DNA of 64,000 nucleotides from Candidatus Omnitrophota bacterium (lineage in GTDB: Bacteria > Omnitrophota > Gorgyraeia > Gygaellales > Profunditerraquicolaceae). The translations under genes and the position numbers were made by a program. The notes under the pieces were generated by a model. That model saw only the letters and a program-made list of their open reading frames with translations, was not told the DNA's origin and did not search any database. The stretch covers positions 566 through 64,565 of the forward strand of contig JAHKAP010000077.1 of NCBI GenBank assembly GCA_018825985.1, read 5' to 3'. Of the stretch, positions 1-9,180 are shown one piece after another (the first letter of the stretch is position 1; each line of letters begins with the position of its first letter).

Positions 1-1431
1 CAGAAAAACCCGAAACGGCATAAGGAGCATTATCCCCCCAAAAACACAAATAAAAGCCAAGGCGAGCATAGACAATCTCATTGCCGCCGGCACTTCTTTT
101 ATATTCTTAAATTTATCTTTTAGCCGGCCTAAAAAAGCATACTTCTGCACCTTCATAAAAGAAGCTAGGGTCAAGATACTCCCTATTACGGCGCAAAGCC
201 CATAACCTAAATGACCGCTCTGAATACAAGCAAAGATAATAATAAGCTTACTGAAAAATCCGTTAAAAGGCGGGATCCCGGCAATAGACATCGAGGCAAT
301 CAGATTAGTCTTAGCAGTAACCGGCATAATTTTAGCTAAACCTGAGGTTTCTTTTAAATCTCTTGTCCCTAAGCAATAATCTATGGCCCCGGAATTTAAA
401 AAAAGCAGGGATTTAAATATAGAATGGTTAAACAAATGAAATAATCCTCCTAATATACCTAACGGCGTTCCTAACCCAATACCTAAAACTACGTAACCAA
501 TCTGGCTGATGGAATGATAGGCTAAAAGCCTCTTAAGATCCCACTGTGATAAAGCCAGGATAACCGCTACTAATAAGGATGCTGTGCCTAAAAACATCAA
601 CACGCTCAGATATGCCTGGGTTGAGCCGATGATGCTGAAAAAGACCCTGATTAAGGCATAAACCCCTAGGGTCTTGATTAAAATTCCGGAAAGCATAGCT
701 GAAATCGAAGCCGGAGCAGATGGATGGGCATCAGCAAGCCAGGCATGGAACGGCACCAAGGCAGCCTTCAAGCCAAAACCCATTAAAAATAAGGTCCCCA
801 CAAAAGGCAATACGTAGCTGCTGTGCTTAACGCTTAACACCCTGGCTATATCCGCCATATTCAAAGTAGAGGTAAAGCCGTATAAAAAGGCAATGCCAAT
901 AAAAATGAAACAAGAAGCAACTGAACCCATAATTGCGTATTTAAAAGACGCTTCCAGCTCCTCTGCCTCTGTGCCGAATGCCACTAAGGCATAGCTGGCG
1001 ATAGAGGCAATCTCCAAAAACACGAAAAGGTTGAACAGATCTCCTGTAATAATTATTCCGTTCATACCGCAGACCATTAAAGAAAACAGGGTAAAGAACT
1101 TTGGTTTATCGGTGTACCTTTCCATATAACTTAAGGAATATACGGCTACAAAAAATGAAACCAGGCTTACCATAACCAACATAAAAATACTTAACCCATC
1201 TAACACCAGGCTTATGCCAAAAGGAGGAACCCACCCGCCGATTTTGTAAACTAAAATTTTATCGGCTGTTGAGCTTAAATAAACAGCGCAGGATATAGAC
1301 AAAGCCAGGACTACCGCACTGCTTAAAGATATAGCTATCCCGGCAAAATGCCGGACATACTTGCCCAGTAATGAAATTAAAAACGCAGTTCCTAACGGAA
1401 TAATCACAAAAAAAGGAATGATATTTACCAT
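1..1431 (-). CDS. MrpD/MnhD-like proton-translocating antiporter subunit (partial, runs off window start)
   Basis: ATG at 1431 (MVNIIPFFVIIPLG...). Translated by eye: TGDLFNLFVFLE, LVPFHAWLADAHPSAP, LKRLLAYHSISQIGY and AGIPPFNGFFSK motifs. Directly downstream of mrpC-like gene. Not in the ORF track because it is truncated. Confidence 0.9.
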   Translation of the reverse strand, partial: MVNIIPFFVIIPLGTAFLISLLGKYVRHFAGIAISLSSAVVLALSISCAVYLSSTADKILVYKIGGWVPPFGISLVLDGLSIFMLVMVSLVSFFVAVYSLSYMERYTDKPKFFTLFSLMVCGMNGIIITGDLFNLFVFLEIASIASYALVAFGTEAEELEASFKYAIMGSVASCFIFIGIAFLYGFTSTLNMADIARVLSVKHSSYVLPFVGTLFLMGFGLKAALVPFHAWLADAHPSAPASISAMLSGILIKTLGVYALIRVFFSIIGSTQAYLSVLMFLGTASLLVAVILALSQWDLKRLLAYHSISQIGYVVLGIGLGTPLGILGGLFHLFNHSIFKSLLFLNSGAIDYCLGTRDLKETSGLAKIMPVTAKTNLIASMSIAGIPPFNGFFSKLIIIFACIQSGHLGYGLCAVIGSILTLASFMKVQKYAFLGRLKDKFKNIKEVPAAMRLSMLALAFICVFGGIMLLMPFRVFL

Positions 1432-1440
1432 ATTCGGGCT

Positions 1441-1779
1441 TTAACCTCTCAGTTTATTTATTTTAGTAATGTCGAAGGTGCCATATTTATCATAAATCCT
1501 AATAGCAATAGAAATGACTAAAGCCGTAACCCCTAAGCCAATAATAATCGAAGTAAGCACCAGCGCCTGAGGTAGCGGGTCAACCATATTCAGGACATTC
1601 TGATCCATAGCTTCAATAGGAGACCTCCCCTGCATACGATACCCTAGTAAAACAAAAAATAGGTTCATGGAATATTCCATAATCCCCAGGCCTATGATCA
1701 TCTTAACTAAGTTGCGTTTGCGCAAAATTCCGTAAAACCCGACGCAAAACAATAATAAACATAACAGATAAAGGCTCAT
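1441..1779 (-). CDS. MrpC/MnhC (NuoK-like) antiporter subunit
   Basis: 112 aa, three hydrophobic segments, RNLVKMIIGL and DPLPQALVLTSIII motifs. Confidence 0.9.
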   Translation of the reverse strand: MSLYLLCLLLFCVGFYGILRKRNLVKMIIGLGIMEYSMNLFFVLLGYRMQGRSPIEAMDQNVLNMVDPLPQALVLTSIIIGLGVTALVISIAIRIYDKYGTFDITKINKLRG

Positions 1780-2229
1780 CTAACCTTCTTTCTTTGATTT
1801 CTCTAAAATCACCAGGGCCAGGAAAATAGCAAACAGCCCCACCCCTACTTTTATGCCTATGGCTATATTGCTTAAAGGTATACTTCCGGCGCTGAATAAT
1901 TTAAATGACTGGCCCTTGCCTAAAATGTTCAGGAAAAATGAACCGCCTAAAAAACCTAATAAGGCAACCCCTAAAAACATAAGAGCACCGATGCTTTCCA
2001 GATTTGATGCTAAGTTGCTGGAAATTTTGGCAACCGCCGTATCCTTACCAAAAGCAAGCATAAGGTGGACAAATGACAAGGCCACAATCACTCCTCCGGC
2101 AAAACCTCCACCCGGAGAAAGATGGCCATGCAATATAATATATATCCCAAACAGCAAAATCAAACCCACGGTCAAGCGGGTAATGGTCTTAACGATCAAG
2201 CTCATACCTGTCTTCGGATTATAATTCAT
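1780..2229 (-). CDS. MrpB/MnhB (MbhF-like) subunit
   Basis: HGHLSPGGGFAGG signature. Confidence 0.9.
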   Translation of the reverse strand: MNYNPKTGMSLIVKTITRLTVGLILLFGIYIILHGHLSPGGGFAGGVIVALSFVHLMLAFGKDTAVAKISSNLASNLESIGALMFLGVALLGFLGGSFFLNILGKGQSFKLFSAGSIPLSNIAIGIKVGVGLFAIFLALVILEKSKKEG

Positions 2230-2230
2230 T

Positions 2231-2752
2231 TTATTTATTCTTCTTTCTTCCCGGACGGCGCAGGACCGCCATTATCCCGATTACAGAAGCAAACAAAACT
2301 GTTGCCTCGCCTAAGGTATCATAAGCCCTGAAGTCCAGAATCACCGCAGTAACAATATTTGCCGCTCCGGTAGAAACCCTGGCCTCGGCTAAATATTTCT
2401 TTACTACCAGCATTAAAGGCTCGCCAAAACGCGGCAATTCCTTTAAGGCAAGCCAGGCGCAAAACATAAATACAGCCATAAAAACTAAGGTTGAAATAGT
2501 ATTAAATACCCAGCGGCCCTCGATTACCAAAGGCAGATCCCTTTTAATTGTAGCCCGGATAAGGATAATTAAACAAAGGATCTCAACCACCAGCTGGGTA
2601 ATAGCTAAATCCGGGGCTTTTAGAATTAAAAAAGCAAGGCAGAGAGCAAAACCAACCGCGCCTACGGCAACTACACTTGAAAGCAAATCCTTTACCTCAA
2701 TAGCTATAATCGCCCCCAAGATCATGAATATTAAAAGTATGTGTAATTCCAT
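2231..2752 (-). CDS. MbhD/MbhE-like membrane subunit (DUF4040 plus MnhB-related)
   Basis: APDLAITQ and NIVTAVILDFRAYDTLGE motifs. Confidence 0.85.
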   Translation of the reverse strand: MELHILLIFMILGAIIAIEVKDLLSSVVAVGAVGFALCLAFLILKAPDLAITQLVVEILCLIILIRATIKRDLPLVIEGRWVFNTISTLVFMAVFMFCAWLALKELPRFGEPLMLVVKKYLAEARVSTGAANIVTAVILDFRAYDTLGEATVLFASVIGIMAVLRRPGRKKNK

Positions 2753-2753
2753 A

Positions 2754-4409
2754 TTATTTTAACAATACCCAAAAAAGGCCAATCATCCCCAACAATGTCC
2801 AGACTAAATAAGTAGGTAAAACCCCGTTATGTAAATACTGAAGTACGCGACCGATAGAAAATACTAAATTCTTTCCTTGCTCATAGATATCGAACAGTCC
2901 GGCCTGAGCCTTTTTGTAAACTAAAGCTAATACCGGCAACTCTTTGATGGTGTTATAAAAGTCAGTCCCGTTGATTTTATTCTCCTGAATATCCCTGGTT
3001 TCGCTTCCTGTAAATGGGTTATCCTGACGCAAAACAGGCCTTAACCATCTTAATTTAAATATCAAAAGCCCCAGAACTATACCAATGATAATAAGCCAAG
3101 TAGATAACAAAGCAGACCAGGTTCCGATAAAAGAAACCCCCTTTATAACCGGAAATATAAAGTATTTAAGCGGAATTTGATAAGCTAATACGCCGAATAT
3201 CACGCAAGTAATCGCTAATATTAAACAAGGCAGCCACATTTGCCAAGGAACCTCTTTTACTTGCCAGTTTGCTTTCCGGCCTAAAAAAACCGCATGAATT
3301 AGTTTCATAAAACTGGCTAAGGTCAGGCCCGAACCAAACATTGCCGCGGCCAGGCTAAAGATTGCTATAATACGCAATCCCTGATTACCGGTTCCTAATA
3401 GGCTAATAAGGCCCTGATAGATCATCCACTTAGAGACAAAACCGTTAAAAGGCGGAACACCGGATATAGAAAGGCTGGCAATCAAAGAAGAAATATAGGT
3501 AAGAGGCATGGATTTACCTAAACCGCCTAATTTATCGAGTTCAGAGGTTTTGGTACGATATTCTACGTTTCCGGCAGTTAAAAATAAACAGGATTTATAT
3601 ATTGTATTATTAAGCATATGGAATATGCCACCGGCAATGCCAATAGGATTACCGCTGCCTATACCTAAAATCATATACCCTACCTGAGATACTGCATGAT
3701 AACCCAAGAGCCTCTTCATATTATGTTGAACCAAAGCCATCATTACCCCGGCAATAATGGTAAAGGCCCCGGTAATCATAAGAAATATATTCATGGCCTG
3801 GCTCATCGTAAATATATCCAAAGAAATCCTGGTTAATAAATAAATCCCTAATAATTTATCCAGGGAAGCGAGTAAAAAAGCCACAACGGGAATAGGCGCG
3901 GATTTAGCGCAATCAGGGATCCAGGAATGAAAAGGCATTGCCCCGGCCTTGGCAAAACAGGCGATAGCCAGGCATAAGTATGCTAAAGTAGGTAGTAGGT
4001 AGTAGTTAGTAGATAGGGAAATCTTTATTTGGTCCATCTGAAAAGTTCCGGTCATATAATAGATTATACCTATACCAAACAACATTAAGGCATCCGTTCC
4101 TCCCACGATTATAAAAGTCTTTTTTGCTGCTGAGCTGGCATCATCATTTCCCATAATAATAAGAAGATATAAAGTCAGGCCTAAAAAACCCCAACAGACT
4201 AAAAGCAGGATAAGGTTGTTTGCAAACACGGTTCCTATCGCTGCCAAAGCAGTCAAGATTATATAAACATAATACTGGAACGTTTTGGGCTTGCCTTTTA
4301 TAAACTTAAATGAATAAATTAAAATCAAGGCGAGAAAACCAACTATAGCTAAAGCTATAAATCCGCTTAGCGCGTCTAATTTAAACCAGGGATAGAAGAT
4401 ATTAATCAT
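2754..4409 (-). CDS. MrpA/NuoL-like proton-conducting membrane subunit
   Basis: AKAGAMPFHSWIPD, KRLLGYHAVSQVGY and GVPPFNGFVSKW motifs. Confidence 0.9.
   Translation of the reverse strand: MINIFYPWFKLDALSGFIALAIVGFLALILIYSFKFIKGKPKTFQYYVYIILTALAAIGTVFANNLILLLVCWGFLGLTLYLLIIMGNDDASSAAKKTFIIVGGTDALMLFGIGIIYYMTGTFQMDQIKISLSTNYYLLPTLAYLCLAIACFAKAGAMPFHSWIPDCAKSAPIPVVAFLLASLDKLLGIYLLTRISLDIFTMSQAMNIFLMITGAFTIIAGVMMALVQHNMKRLLGYHAVSQVGYMILGIGSGNPIGIAGGIFHMLNNTIYKSCLFLTAGNVEYRTKTSELDKLGGLGKSMPLTYISSLIASLSISGVPPFNGFVSKWMIYQGLISLLGTGNQGLRIIAIFSLAAAMFGSGLTLASFMKLIHAVFLGRKANWQVKEVPWQMWLPCLILAITCVIFGVLAYQIPLKYFIFPVIKGVSFIGTWSALLSTWLIIIGIVLGLLIFKLRWLRPVLRQDNPFTGSETRDIQENKINGTDFYNTIKELPVLALVYKKAQAGLFDIYEQGKNLVFSIGRVLQYLHNGVLPTYLVWTLLGMIGLFWVLLK
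3987..4014. repeat. In-frame 7-bp tandem repeat inside the mrpA-like gene
   Basis: AGTAGGT AGTAGGT AGTAGTT AGTAGAT; encodes part of SLSTNYYLLPT. Confidence 0.85.
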
Positions 4410-4513
4410 GATTTTATTTGAAGCTTTCTCAGGTTTACGGCACGTAATTTACCAAGATTATGCCTATAAACGAGTTCGGGCAAAATTTTGTGCACCAGGC
4501 TAAATTTATCCAT
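4406..4513 (-). other. 35-aa small ORF whose TGA overlaps the mrpA-like ATG (possible gene remnant)
   Basis: MDKFSLVHKILPELVYRHNLGKLRAVNLRKLQIKS*, ATGA overlap at 4406-4409; no evidence of expression. Confidence 0.3.
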
Positions 4514-4520
4514 AAAGCTT

Positions 4521-4666
4521 CTGATTACAGCGATTAAACACAGATTACAGAGATTAATTAGCGACGAAAAATCGCTGGAATCTTTTTTCCCGCCATGTTA
4601 ATTAAAGTAGTTAACGGGATCCCGCCTGCTGCTAGATTTACTTGGCGGGAAAAATCTCTGTAATCA
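4521..4666. repeat. GATTACAG-type ~9-bp palindromic repeat array with a nested 65-bp element
   Basis: GATTACAGC, GATTAAACA, GATTACAGA on the left; AATCGCTGG and AATCTCTGTAATC on the right. Confidence 0.7.
4587..4651. repeat. 65-bp TTCCCGCC...ACGGGATCCCGCCT...GGCGGGAA element, copy 1
   Basis: 8-bp terminal inverted repeats and a central palindrome; same length and layout at 55324-55388. Confidence 0.8.
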
Positions 4667-4682
4667 AGTTATTTCCCTTTTG

Positions 4683-5315
4683 CTACAAACTTGGGAAAGA
4701 ACTTTTTATTTTAGTTAAATTCCTGGCGATATTTTTAGTATGATGATAAACCTCAGCCGTAAAATCCAGGATATTAAGATACATATTACAGCCTATCGGG
4801 TTACAGACACCATCAATCATCCTCTCGGTATGCTTTTTGCGGTAAACATCAACCAGATTATTCACGCCCTTATGCCCCTTAGAAAGTTCTTTTAAAACAC
4901 ATAATTCGTTCCTACTTAAAGCGTCAACCAAATTATTTAATTCTTCTTCTACTTTATTATACAAAACAACATATTCCTTTACTGTCTCATCGCTAAAAAG
5001 CAATTTCTCTTCAATCTTAATCTCAACCCTTTCTAATATATCCTTGCAGTAATCGCCGATAAGCTCTAAATCCCCCGCCACCTCGGAATACAGAATCGCA
5101 TCCTGTTTCACCTCTTTATTCGTAACTTTAACTAAATCAACCAGCTGGTGGTTTATTTCTTTTTCATAATTATTCAGCTTATCTTCATCTTCCAAAACCT
5201 TAGCTAATAAATCCAGGTCGTGCTCCATAAAGGTTTGAAAGGTAGTCTGCCACATCTTTAAAGACAACTTAGCCATTTCTATGATTTTGTTTCTTATCTC
5301 ATTTAATTGTTCCAT
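4683..5315 (-). CDS. PhoU-domain protein within the hydrogenase operon
   Basis: All-helical; EDKLNNYEKEI and DLELIGDYCKDI resemble PhoU repeats; overlaps the large-subunit stop codon. Confidence 0.7.
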   Translation of the reverse strand: MEQLNEIRNKIIEMAKLSLKMWQTTFQTFMEHDLDLLAKVLEDEDKLNNYEKEINHQLVDLVKVTNKEVKQDAILYSEVAGDLELIGDYCKDILERVEIKIEEKLLFSDETVKEYVVLYNKVEEELNNLVDALSRNELCVLKELSKGHKGVNNLVDVYRKKHTERMIDGVCNPIGCNMYLNILDFTAEVYHHTKNIARNLTKIKSSFPSL

Positions 5316-6498
5316 GGCCCATTCTTTCTTTAAGCGCTTCTGTCTTGTCTTGAGATAATTTAATCAAATCGAAGCCGTTTAAGATTTTTCTATCTGAGGA
5401 TTTCTCAATAACCGCGGTCCTTTCAGTGCAACAATAACAGGGGTCAACCGCAGCTAAGGTAATTGCCGCATCCGAGATAGTCCCGCCGACTGCCCCTACT
5501 TTATTAGAAGCTACATTCATATAGCTGGGAGCGCGGATCTTATGCCTTATTGGCCGGTTAGTCCCGTCAGACTTTACATAATGGAAACACTCACCGCGGG
5601 GCGCCTCAATCCTTCCTATCCCAACTCCTGCAGGTATTTGTTTAACATTAGCGTCAAATTCTCCCTTGGGCATCTTATCTAAACATTGACGGATAATACT
5701 TATTGACTCTCCTAATTCCAAAATTCTCACTACTGTTTTAGCAAAGATATCCCCCTCTTCCTGGACAATAACCTTCCAATTTACCATATCATAAGCCGCA
5801 TAAGGGTCATCCCGGCGCAGGTCCATGTTTAATCCTGAGGCCCGGGCCGTAGGCCCAACTACGCACCAATCTATAGCCTGTTGTTTGGTTAAAATTCCTA
5901 CCCCTTTAAGCCGGGATTGAATAACCGGATCATCCATAACCGCGCCCTTAAACATAGCCACTATCGGGACTAAATCATCCAAGGTCTTCTTTAATGCCGG
6001 TATGTCTTCATCTAAAATATCCCTTCTCACCCCGCCTATTTTCATCATAGCGTAGTGGTTACGGTTACCGGAAATCATTTCAAACATATCTAAGACCGGC
6101 TCGCGGTATTTCCAGGCCCACATCCAAACCGTATTGTAACCTATAAAATGGCCGGCTAAACCCAGCCATAAAAGATGGCTATGGATCCTTTCTAATTCAG
6201 CGATTATAGTCCGGATATAAAGGGCCTTTTCCGGCACTTGGATCCCAGCTAAATCCTCCATTGCCTGACAATAAGCTATAGGATGGCTATTAGAGCAAAT
6301 CCCGCAGATGCGTTCAACCAAAAAGGCAACCTGGTCAAAATGCTTGGATTCAGATAACTTTTCAATCCCCCGGTGCAAATAACCTATAACAATATCTATG
6401 TCTACTACCTTCTCTCCTTCAACATAGAGCCGGAAATACTCAGGCTCTTCCTGTAATGGATGGTATGGCCCGATAGGAACAACTACTTTATGCGACAT
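5299..6498 (-). CDS. Group 4 [NiFe]-hydrogenase large subunit (NuoD/EchE/MbhL family)
   Basis: GPYHP and GYLHRGIEK, L1 motif RICGIC, EAPRGE, L2 motif DPCYCCTER, followed by a C-terminal extension. Confidence 0.93.
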   Translation of the reverse strand: MSHKVVVPIGPYHPLQEEPEYFRLYVEGEKVVDIDIVIGYLHRGIEKLSESKHFDQVAFLVERICGICSNSHPIAYCQAMEDLAGIQVPEKALYIRTIIAELERIHSHLLWLGLAGHFIGYNTVWMWAWKYREPVLDMFEMISGNRNHYAMMKIGGVRRDILDEDIPALKKTLDDLVPIVAMFKGAVMDDPVIQSRLKGVGILTKQQAIDWCVVGPTARASGLNMDLRRDDPYAAYDMVNWKVIVQEEGDIFAKTVVRILELGESISIIRQCLDKMPKGEFDANVKQIPAGVGIGRIEAPRGECFHYVKSDGTNRPIRHKIRAPSYMNVASNKVGAVGGTISDAAITLAAVDPCYCCTERTAVIEKSSDRKILNGFDLIKLSQDKTEALKERMGHGTIK

Positions 6499-6513
6499 TG
6501 AACACCTCGATAC

Positions 6514-6591
6514 GTCTGCCTCAGGCAGACATTTAGTGAAACCCCCGTCGTTTTGATTCGGTTCTACAAAGCAAAACGAACCAGCGGGGGT
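6514..6591. repeat. Two intergenic palindromes (REP-like)
   Basis: GTCTGCC-TCA-GGCAGAC (6514-6530); ACCCCCG..CGTTTTG..CAAAACG..CGGGGGT (6541-6591). Confidence 0.6.
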
Positions 6592-6605
6592 AAAAACACC
6601 TTTTA

Positions 6606-7076
6606 TTAATCATTTTTTTTATCTTCATGACTATGTTCATGCTCGTGGTCATGATCATGCCTTAAAGGAAATTCGCCCTGCGGCCATTCTTCAGCCAGAA
6701 GCAGACGCTTGAGATTGGGGTGACCGATGAAATTAATCCCTAATAACTCCCAAATCTCTCTTTCTATCCATTCAGCCCCGATAATTATAGGGGTAATTGA
6801 ATCTACTTTAGGATTTTTCCTATCTTCCAAATTCACCCGCAAGGATATAACTTCGCCAGACGCATCAGCGCTAAAATGATAAATTATCTCAAAGCCATCA
6901 GGGTTTTCCTGCCCTGAGGAAGTAATAAACCTTAAACCTAACTCCTTAAATAATAAGGTTACTGCTGTTTTTAAATCTTTCTGCTTAATTAGGATGTATA
7001 TCCTTCTAGGTGAATGCTCATTATAATCAATTATGGCCCGGGATAATTTTTCCTTAATCTTTTCGCGTATAGACAT
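6606..7076 (-). CDS. NuoC/EchD-like hydrogenase subunit with His-rich C-terminal tail
   Basis: EREIWELLGINFIGHPNLKRLLL...FPLR motif; tail HDHDHEHEHSHED. Confidence 0.9.
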   Translation of the reverse strand: MSIREKIKEKLSRAIIDYNEHSPRRIYILIKQKDLKTAVTLLFKELGLRFITSSGQENPDGFEIIYHFSADASGEVISLRVNLEDRKNPKVDSITPIIIGAEWIEREIWELLGINFIGHPNLKRLLLAEEWPQGEFPLRHDHDHEHEHSHEDKKND

Positions 7077-7184
7077 TATTTATTACTCCTTATCCTCCCA
7101 CGCCTTTTAATAGACGCGTAAAAACTCTGACGGGCTTTGGAGGATTTCGCTAAATTAGCAAAACATAACACTTATTTAAATATC

Positions 7185-7619
7185 CTATACTTTGCTTGTT
7201 GTGTGCTTAACTTTTTCTATTAACTTAACAACGCCGGCAATAATCGCCTCGGGCTTTGGCGGGCAACCCGGAACATAAGCATCCACAGGGATTACTTCGT
7301 CTACCGGACAAGGGCTATTGTAAGATTCTCTAAACATTATCCTTCCGCAGGCGCAGCTACCGATGGCAATCACTAAACAGGGCTTAGGCGCTTGTTCATA
7401 AAGCCTCTTCAATATCCCTTTGCTCTTATAATTTGGCACTCCGGTAACCAAAAGCACATCCGCATGCCTGACACTTCCCGCCAAGGTTATCCCAAACCTC
7501 TCCACATCATGGCGGGGTGTTAAGACATCCAAAATCTCAATGTCGCAGTTATTGCAAGGCGAAGCTGCGGCGTGGAATACCCATAATGATTTAGTGAGAG
7601 CCTTAAGTTTGATATTCAT
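7185..7619 (-). CDS. [NiFe]-hydrogenase small subunit (NuoB/EchC-like)
   Basis: CNNCDIE, RHADVLLVTG, GSCACG and PVDAYVPGCPPKPE motifs. Confidence 0.93.
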   Translation of the reverse strand: MNIKLKALTKSLWVFHAAASPCNNCDIEILDVLTPRHDVERFGITLAGSVRHADVLLVTGVPNYKSKGILKRLYEQAPKPCLVIAIGSCACGRIMFRESYNSPCPVDEVIPVDAYVPGCPPKPEAIIAGVVKLIEKVKHTTSKV

Positions 7620-7620
7620 A

Positions 7621-8532
7621 TTATAATCCTAAAATCGCTAATATTAAACCGATTAACGCTACTAAAGTTAATTTTCCCCAGAAAAACCTGACCGCTTGAT
7701 CGATACGCACCCTGGGATTGGTATTTTTTATCAGGATTATTATGACCAATATAGCGATAAATTTTCCGATTAAAAATAAGGGGCTTAAATCCTTAGCCCA
7801 GAATAGCGTTATTAGAAATATAGGCAAAGTATAAAGCAATAGAGCCTTAATTAGTTTAAAGATCGCCAAAGGAAGACCGGAATATTCAATTAGGGTTCCA
7901 GCCATTATCTCCTGCTCAGCCTCAGAGATATCAAAAGGGGCAAAGCCTAACTTAGCCTGGATACAAAGTATAGCCACTATAAAAGCTATTGCCCCGGAGA
8001 AAGAAATTATATTGGAGCCAAAACTGACCTGATGGGCCAATATATTTCCTAACTGAATACTCCCGCCGGATCTTAGGATAATCGTAATAACGGATAATAG
8101 AAATGGCAGCTCATAAGCTAAAACTAATTTCATCTCTCGGGAAGCGCCTACCGAGGCTAAAGGGTTAGCTGATGCAGATGCCCCGATAATCATAGCTATC
8201 GCCGGTATAGTCATAAGATATAAAACTACAATCAAATCCCCCAAAAAACCCTGACCAGGATAAATAATATTTAGCCCTAAGATAGTGCTAACTAAGCCTA
8301 AGCTTAATACCCCTAAGAAAGGAGCTAAGAGAAATGTGATTTTCGCGCCTTCAGGAAAAATAATCTCTTTGCCTAATAATTTTATAATATCCACAAAGTT
8401 CTGATACCAGGGCGGGCCTACTCTCCATTGTAAGCGGGCAGTAACCTTTCTATCTACCCAACAGGCCAATAGCCCGATAACTACGCTAAACAAGAAACCC
8501 GGAAATATAAAATAATAAAATAGGGCTTTCAT
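7621..8532 (-). CDS. NuoH/EchB-like membrane subunit
   Basis: DRKVTARLQWRVGPP, PFDISEAEQEIMAG and RVRIDQ motifs. Confidence 0.93.
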   Translation of the reverse strand: MKALFYYFIFPGFLFSVVIGLLACWVDRKVTARLQWRVGPPWYQNFVDIIKLLGKEIIFPEGAKITFLLAPFLGVLSLGLVSTILGLNIIYPGQGFLGDLIVVLYLMTIPAIAMIIGASASANPLASVGASREMKLVLAYELPFLLSVITIILRSGGSIQLGNILAHQVSFGSNIISFSGAIAFIVAILCIQAKLGFAPFDISEAEQEIMAGTLIEYSGLPLAIFKLIKALLLYTLPIFLITLFWAKDLSPLFLIGKFIAILVIIILIKNTNPRVRIDQAVRFFWGKLTLVALIGLILAILGL

Positions 8533-9020
8533 TTCTTTTTAGGCTGGATATCCTCTCTTAACCATTTCCTGGAACACACTGCCAGGGTATTGCCTATAAA
8601 ATAAATATTCTGCTCAATATTCTCTTCGACTTCCCGAACCTCAATTGCCTTTTCAGGACAATTAGTAACGCATACCGGCATCGCATCAGCCTTAGTTATA
8701 CAAAAATCACAGCGTGAATCCAGGTATGGTATAAAATCCGTAAGAATCGTGCCAAAAGGACAGGCAATAACGCAAGACTTACAGCTGGTGCAACGCATAT
8801 TGTAACGTTTCAATATCCCGTCAGGCTGTTTTTCCAGGGCATCATGATAACAAGAGTTTACGCAAGGCGCTTCTTCGCAATGCCGGCAAAATAAAGTAAA
8901 GGTGGCATATTCGCGTAAAGAGGTAACTCCGTTATTCTGCGGATGATACAAATAACTGCAAGATGCCCGGCACTCCTTACAGTTATTGCAAATATCCAGA
9001 TCGATATATAATCTTTTCAT
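8529..9020 (-). CDS. Multi-[4Fe-4S] ferredoxin-like protein (HycB/CooF/DmsB-like)
   Basis: CNNCKECRASC, CRHCEEAPCVNSC, CTSCKSCVIACP and CDFC...CVTNCP clusters. Confidence 0.85.
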   Translation of the reverse strand: MKRLYIDLDICNNCKECRASCSYLYHPQNNGVTSLREYATFTLFCRHCEEAPCVNSCYHDALEKQPDGILKRYNMRCTSCKSCVIACPFGTILTDFIPYLDSRCDFCITKADAMPVCVTNCPEKAIEVREVEENIEQNIYFIGNTLAVCSRKWLREDIQPKKK

Positions 9021-9022
9021 GA

Positions 9023-9175
9023 TCAGTAGGTAGTATGTAGTAGATAGTATATAGGGAAACTAAAACCTATCTAACAACTAATATATATTGCTTTAATTAA
9101 TCAGTAGGAAGCATGTAGTAGATAATATATAGAAAAACCAAACCCTACCTACTACCTACTAACTACTATATACTG
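9023..9175. repeat. Two tandem ~78-bp palindromic units built from AGTAGRT heptamers
   Basis: Units start TCAGTAGG at 9023 and 9101; left arms AGTAGGT-like, right arms CTACCTA/CTAACTA-like. Confidence 0.85.
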
Positions 9176-9180
9176 GTTCA

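Noticed and set aside
209-222. GGCGGGATCCCGGC resembling the 65-bp element core
   Set aside because: Explained by the conserved AGIPP codons of the antiporter subunit; flanking arms are absent.
9023-9175. Possible CRISPR array
   Set aside because: Only two degenerate low-complexity units, no unique spacers and no cas genes.
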